Source: Octopus vulgaris (Eukaryota). Taken from it: a stretch of DNA of 64,000 nt. The notes beneath the pieces were generated by a model. The model searched no databases. It was not told where the DNA came from and was given only the letters and a program-made list of their open reading frames with translations. Below, piece by piece: positions 58,172 to 64,000 of this stretch. Within the stretch, counting starts at the first letter, position 1. Every line of letters starts with the position of its first letter. Position numbers and translations under genes: made by a program. The DNA lies in the NCBI GenBank assembly GCA_951406725.2, contig OX597824.1:8556001-8620000 (forward strand), written 5' to 3'.

Positions 58172-58538
58172 TGTATGTATGTATGTATGTATGTATGTAT
58201 GTATGTATGTATGTATGTATGTATATAATCTCGAATTTAATGTCAAAGTCTTCCCATGCGGTTCAAAAGTGTGCTGCGAAACCTGCTTTGTGAATTTTAG
58301 TGTCCATCTTTTTTTTGTTTTAAATCGACAGAAACTATTTTTTTAAGCGCTGTATATTGCAGAACTTTCAACTTTATTCCACTTTATCGCCATTTATCTT
58401 TTATTTTCTCTGGTTTGATAGCGAACTTTTTTTTCAGTTCTCACCTCAATTTATTTTCCAATTTAACTTTTGCAATCGTTTTTCTAATACATTTATTAAC
58501 GACATTTTTTTTGCCGACATTTTCTTTCCTTTCTTCTC

Positions 58539-58617
<79 letters not shown>

Positions 58618-59139
58618 TTGCATTGAATCGTATCTATCTTCTTTACCGTTCGCGTGCCTTCCTTCTTTTCTTTTTTTGTCTACTTTATATTCACACTCCT
58701 CTCGTCACGTAGTTTATTTTTGCTAAATTTTATGCTAGCTTTTGTTAAGTACCACTCCTATACAAAGAAGCAGCATCTCTCAGCATCTCACACCTTTCCT
58801 CAATCAGAAACGAACTTTCATTCTGCTTCGTAATATCACTTTCTCCTTTGTCTCAAGTCAGATTTTACTCTCCCTCTCTCCTTATAAGTATTGTCTTCCC
58901 ACGTTATCTCTTATAAAGAGATACATTCTCTAAGCTACAATTAAACTTTGAGCTCCATTTTTATCCTCAGTAAAACAATTGTCAAAATATATATAGTCAC
59001 TTTCTCTCCTTAAATGTCCCTCTATTTACCACTTCCCTTAGTCTGTGTCCCTTTCTTTCTTCTTCTTTCGCTCGATACCTTTTCCGTCTTTTTACTCCAT
59101 CTTTCGTATTAAATATCAAATCTTTGTATATCTTCATCC

Positions 59140-60075
<936 letters not shown>

Positions 60076-60440
60076 CATATCTATTTAATGATTAGAATAG
60101 AAGTTTCACAGACATACAAGTATATCATATGAATATCATTCCCTACTACGTATCCATATATATTTATATGCATAAATATTTGTTTTCCCTTGAGTTCTAA
60201 GATTCATAAAATCGGTTTAACTAATTACAATGGCGTATACAAACGATCGAGATCACAAGATTCTGCCTAGACGGGACACCGGTCACTCGCAGGCTCCTAG
60301 GCAAGCACCGTTTCGAGGGGAGTGGTCAAGACTAAGTTAATTTTGTTGGGCTTTGCTCACAGTGAGTAAAAGGCTAAAGGAAAGGCCGCTACGCATTTTG
60401 TCCGTTGTACTGAAGGATTTGCTAGCTCGCCACCGTAAAG

Positions 60441-60481
<41 letters not shown>

Positions 60482-60943
60482 CACATATGTATGTATGTAT
60501 ATTCAAATATAATAAAAACCATTTTGCCCTAATCTGATTGGTTACTCTATACTTTTGTAGAGTACAAATTTAATTCTAAAACAAAAATAGTATTGGCAGT
60601 GACTTCGGAGTTTCGGCTTGTTAACCCATTATTTGACTGTTCAATGATGGCTTGGCTGGCCGAAACTTCGAAGTCCCTATCAATACCATTCTTGTTAAAG
60701 AATAACATATATATATACACTATATTATATATCCGCCACTATATACCAACAAGACTTATCATTAAGTCCCATGTGGCCGTACATCTTAATAACGTTGACA
60801 TTTATTGCCGACGTAATGTGAGACAGCATGTAATATTACGTTTATTGGATAGCGGACGTATGTATGTAACTGTAAGTGCGGATGAATATGCCCATGAACA
60901 ACCATGTGTATGTCTTTGTTTATATTGCAGTGTATGTATTAGG

Positions 60944-61003
<60 letters not shown>

Positions 61004-61556
61004 TTATATCTGTGGCATTGCCCTTGTAACGGTTTGCCCAAGCAAGCATGTGTGAAATGCTTGCTAATCAATATGTGGTCAGAGAAATAAGTTCCACTAC
61101 GTTTGGATATTTATTGCTAAAATGGACGCCTTATTGTTTCGGGCGTCCATATTTGAATGTGTATATGTTAGTGTGTGCCTGTCTGTTTTGTAGATGTTTG
61201 TGTGTGTACGTGTGTGTACGTGTGTCTATAGGAGAGGTTGTAGATCAAGTCGTTCAATATGTGTTCAATAGATGGAATAATCATATGAACATGTGTTTAT
61301 TACTGAGGACATGTGTATGCCCGTGTAAACTGTTGCGCATGTAATGTAGGTGTATGCAAGTAACAACGTCAGTGTTTCTATAAATATATACACATGTGTT
61401 TGTGTGTGTATGTGAATATGTCTGTGTGTATATATATATATGTGTATTTTTATACGTGTCTGTGTATATAAGTCCATATATATATATATGTCTGTATAAA
61501 TATATATATGATTATACGTGTATATATGCACAACCATAAATACTTACATACACATG

Positions 61557-61642
<86 letters not shown>

Positions 61643-61799
61643 CGCCTCTGTCTCTCTCTCTCTATATATATATACGCACATTCCCACAATGAAATAATGT
61701 ATTGAAGAAGAATCTGTTGAATACTCCTGCGTCTGAATCTGTAAACGTTTATTCAAATATTTATGAAATGTGTTATATATATATATATATATATATATA

Positions 61800-62119
61800 G
61801 GAGTACTCCGTCGGTTACGACGACGAGGGTCCCAGCTGATACGATCAACGGAACAACCTGCTCATGAAATTAATGTGCAAGTGGCTGAGCACTTCACTAC
61901 GTTTACCTTTAACGTAGTTCTCAGGAAGATTCAGCGTGACGCAGAGTGTGACAAGGCTGGCCCGTTTGAATTACAGGTCCTACTCATTTTTGCCTGCTGA
62001 GTGGACTGGTGCAACGTGAAATAAAGTGTCTTGCTCAAGGACACAAAGCGTCGCCGGGAATTGAACTCATAACCTAACGATCGTGAGCCGAATGCCCTAA
62101 CCACTAAGCCACGCGCCCT
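61800..62119 (-). mobile_element. CORE-like tRNA SINE
   Basis: GTGAAATAAAGTGTCTTGCTCAAGGACAC...GGGAATTGAACTC...CTAACCACTAAGCCACGCGCC. Confidence 0.85.
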
Positions 62120-62254
62120 CACGTATATATATATTTGAGTTTTTGTGTGTGTTTATGTACGTGTGTGTGTACATACATATATACACATATATACACATAT
62201 ATAAACATGCACACACACGCACACATGCATAGATACATATATGCATATATATGA

Positions 62255-62440
62255 TCCTCGTCGTTTAAGCTCCATGCTCTATACTGGTGTGGGCTAGATG
62301 GTTTGACACAGTCCAGTGCGTCCAAGAATTGCATCAAGTTCCAGTGTCTGCATTGGCGAAGTATTTACGGTTGGATACTCTTCCTAATGCCTGCCACTTT
62401 ACAGCGTGACCAGTGTTCTCTATGGTGCCACCGGCACAAC
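62255..62440 (-). mobile_element. Degenerate RTE-associated short element
   Basis: TTTACGGTTGGATACTCTTCCTAATGCC resembles the reverse complement of GGCGTTAGGAAGGGCATCCAGCCGTAAA. Confidence 0.45.
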
Positions 62441-63161
62441 TGAGATTGCCAAGCAATTTGCCGCAGCACTACTAGCTCTGGTGTCAGCTTCATGCTATCA
62501 AAGCTGATTCTGTGTGAGCTCGGAGTTTCACATTTGGCGATTCTCAGGCGATAGAGCCCCGACAACGGGAAAAACTCACATAAAAGCACTTACCTATAAA
62601 AAAAATAATAATAAAAAAACTATTTCCCAGTATTTTACAGAACTGTGTCTCAATTATATTTCATGCCAGTGTGACTCTACCATTTCTGTAGACACACACT
62701 CACATGCGTTCCGAATCCAAAACGTATTGCTCTGATTTACCCTTCTCTGATCAACAGGAATTCGCTAATAAGCATATTTATTCCATTGATTTTATTCTTC
62801 GCCATACATGCAATCAAACTCTACTTACATTTTTCTCATTTTATTTGCGTTATATAAATGTTCTTATTAACGATTTTTCTGTATCATTACTCAAATATCG
62901 TTTATAAATTAGAGACGTGAAATGTAAAGCCACGACTTTTGAAGTCTTATTATTTATAAATATACTTTGACACGCTACACTCATTAACGAGTGTCGCTTT
63001 GCCGTTTCTTGTTTACACCGAACACTTAACGTTCAAGTGTTTAATCATGTTTGTCCATACACACACATATATACATACACAGGCGTATATATGAGATGCT
63101 TGCCTTGTCTTAACGTTTGTTATCCTCTTTAGCAATTACACACACACACGCACACACATTT

Positions 63162-63215
<54 letters not shown>

Positions 63216-63655
63216 TCAGCATATTTGGCATTAGAAATTTTTTTCTTTTGCTCTTGTTTCTAAGTTGCTTATAAATTTATCCTTTAAAGGTATTTTTTAA
63301 TATGCTGGCCATTGATAAAAATTTTGTTTCAAAAAAATTTTATCCTGTATTAGATGTAAATTTAATAGTGTTCACTTCCTGACTGTCTCACTCTTTGAGA
63401 GTTTTCAGTTCGAATCACACGCGTCTCAAATGGGCTGGAGAATTTTGGATATATATGGTTTTCTTAATTGTGGTCATGACTTAGTGTTTGCTTCTTCCAT
63501 GGGTATAAGCAAGTATTTCATTTATTTCTTTGTCGAATTTATCACTCACGAAGAGAAGGTTCTTATGAACTAACTCTGAAATCGGGTCCGATATGGTAAT
63601 AACGGAATTTTTTTTAGAAATTTCTGTCGGCTTTCTTCGATACACGTGCTTATAT

Positions 63656-63714
<59 letters not shown>

Positions 63715-64000
63715 AATTATATAGTAATGACCACTAAGAGGAATGAGCACTAAAGTGACACCTAATATGCTAAACATAGACGTCAAATCGCCATTACCAC
63801 GAAGAATGTGTTCTCAAGAAAAATCTCAGGAAAACGCCAAAATGTAAAAATGAGCAAGACAAATGGCGGCCTCAGCGCGCCAAAGCGAAGACATTTGAAA
63901 AATACACCCAAATATAATTTGTAGAACTTTATACATGTTCGATTTCGGTTGAGCGTTCTGTATCTAGTTCTGGAAATTGTGTTTTGTAAGCGACAGACTA

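Noticed and set aside
63481-63660. Non-repetitive minus-strand ORF segment
   Set aside because: No recognisable domain and no convincing splice sites; probably transposon debris

Overview
AT-rich, extremely microsatellite-dense eukaryotic DNA. The (TA)n/(CA)n/(TATC)n/(TAA)n load and the tRNA-derived SINE families look like an octopus (coleoid cephalopod) genome; this is inferred from repeat style and not verified. Nearly all ORFs in the track are translated microsatellites. One spliced minus-strand gene can be read directly. A 150-nt phase-0 exon (29810-29959) encodes a transmembrane helix and splices in frame across about 16.7 kb to a terminal exon (13082-13147) with an acidic dileucine tail. 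Its first exon is ambiguous. The rest is SINEs (often head-to-tail multimers sharing one junction), LINE/Gypsy/Penelope/Tc1-mariner remnants, R4/Dong-like 3' ends inside (TAA)n, minimal hammerhead-ribozyme-like motifs with variant cores, and several long palindromes. Two pairs of duplicated non-coding islands stay conserved while their surroundings have decayed into microsatellite. No CRISPR, rRNA or convincing tRNA genes. Repeat boundaries are approximate.
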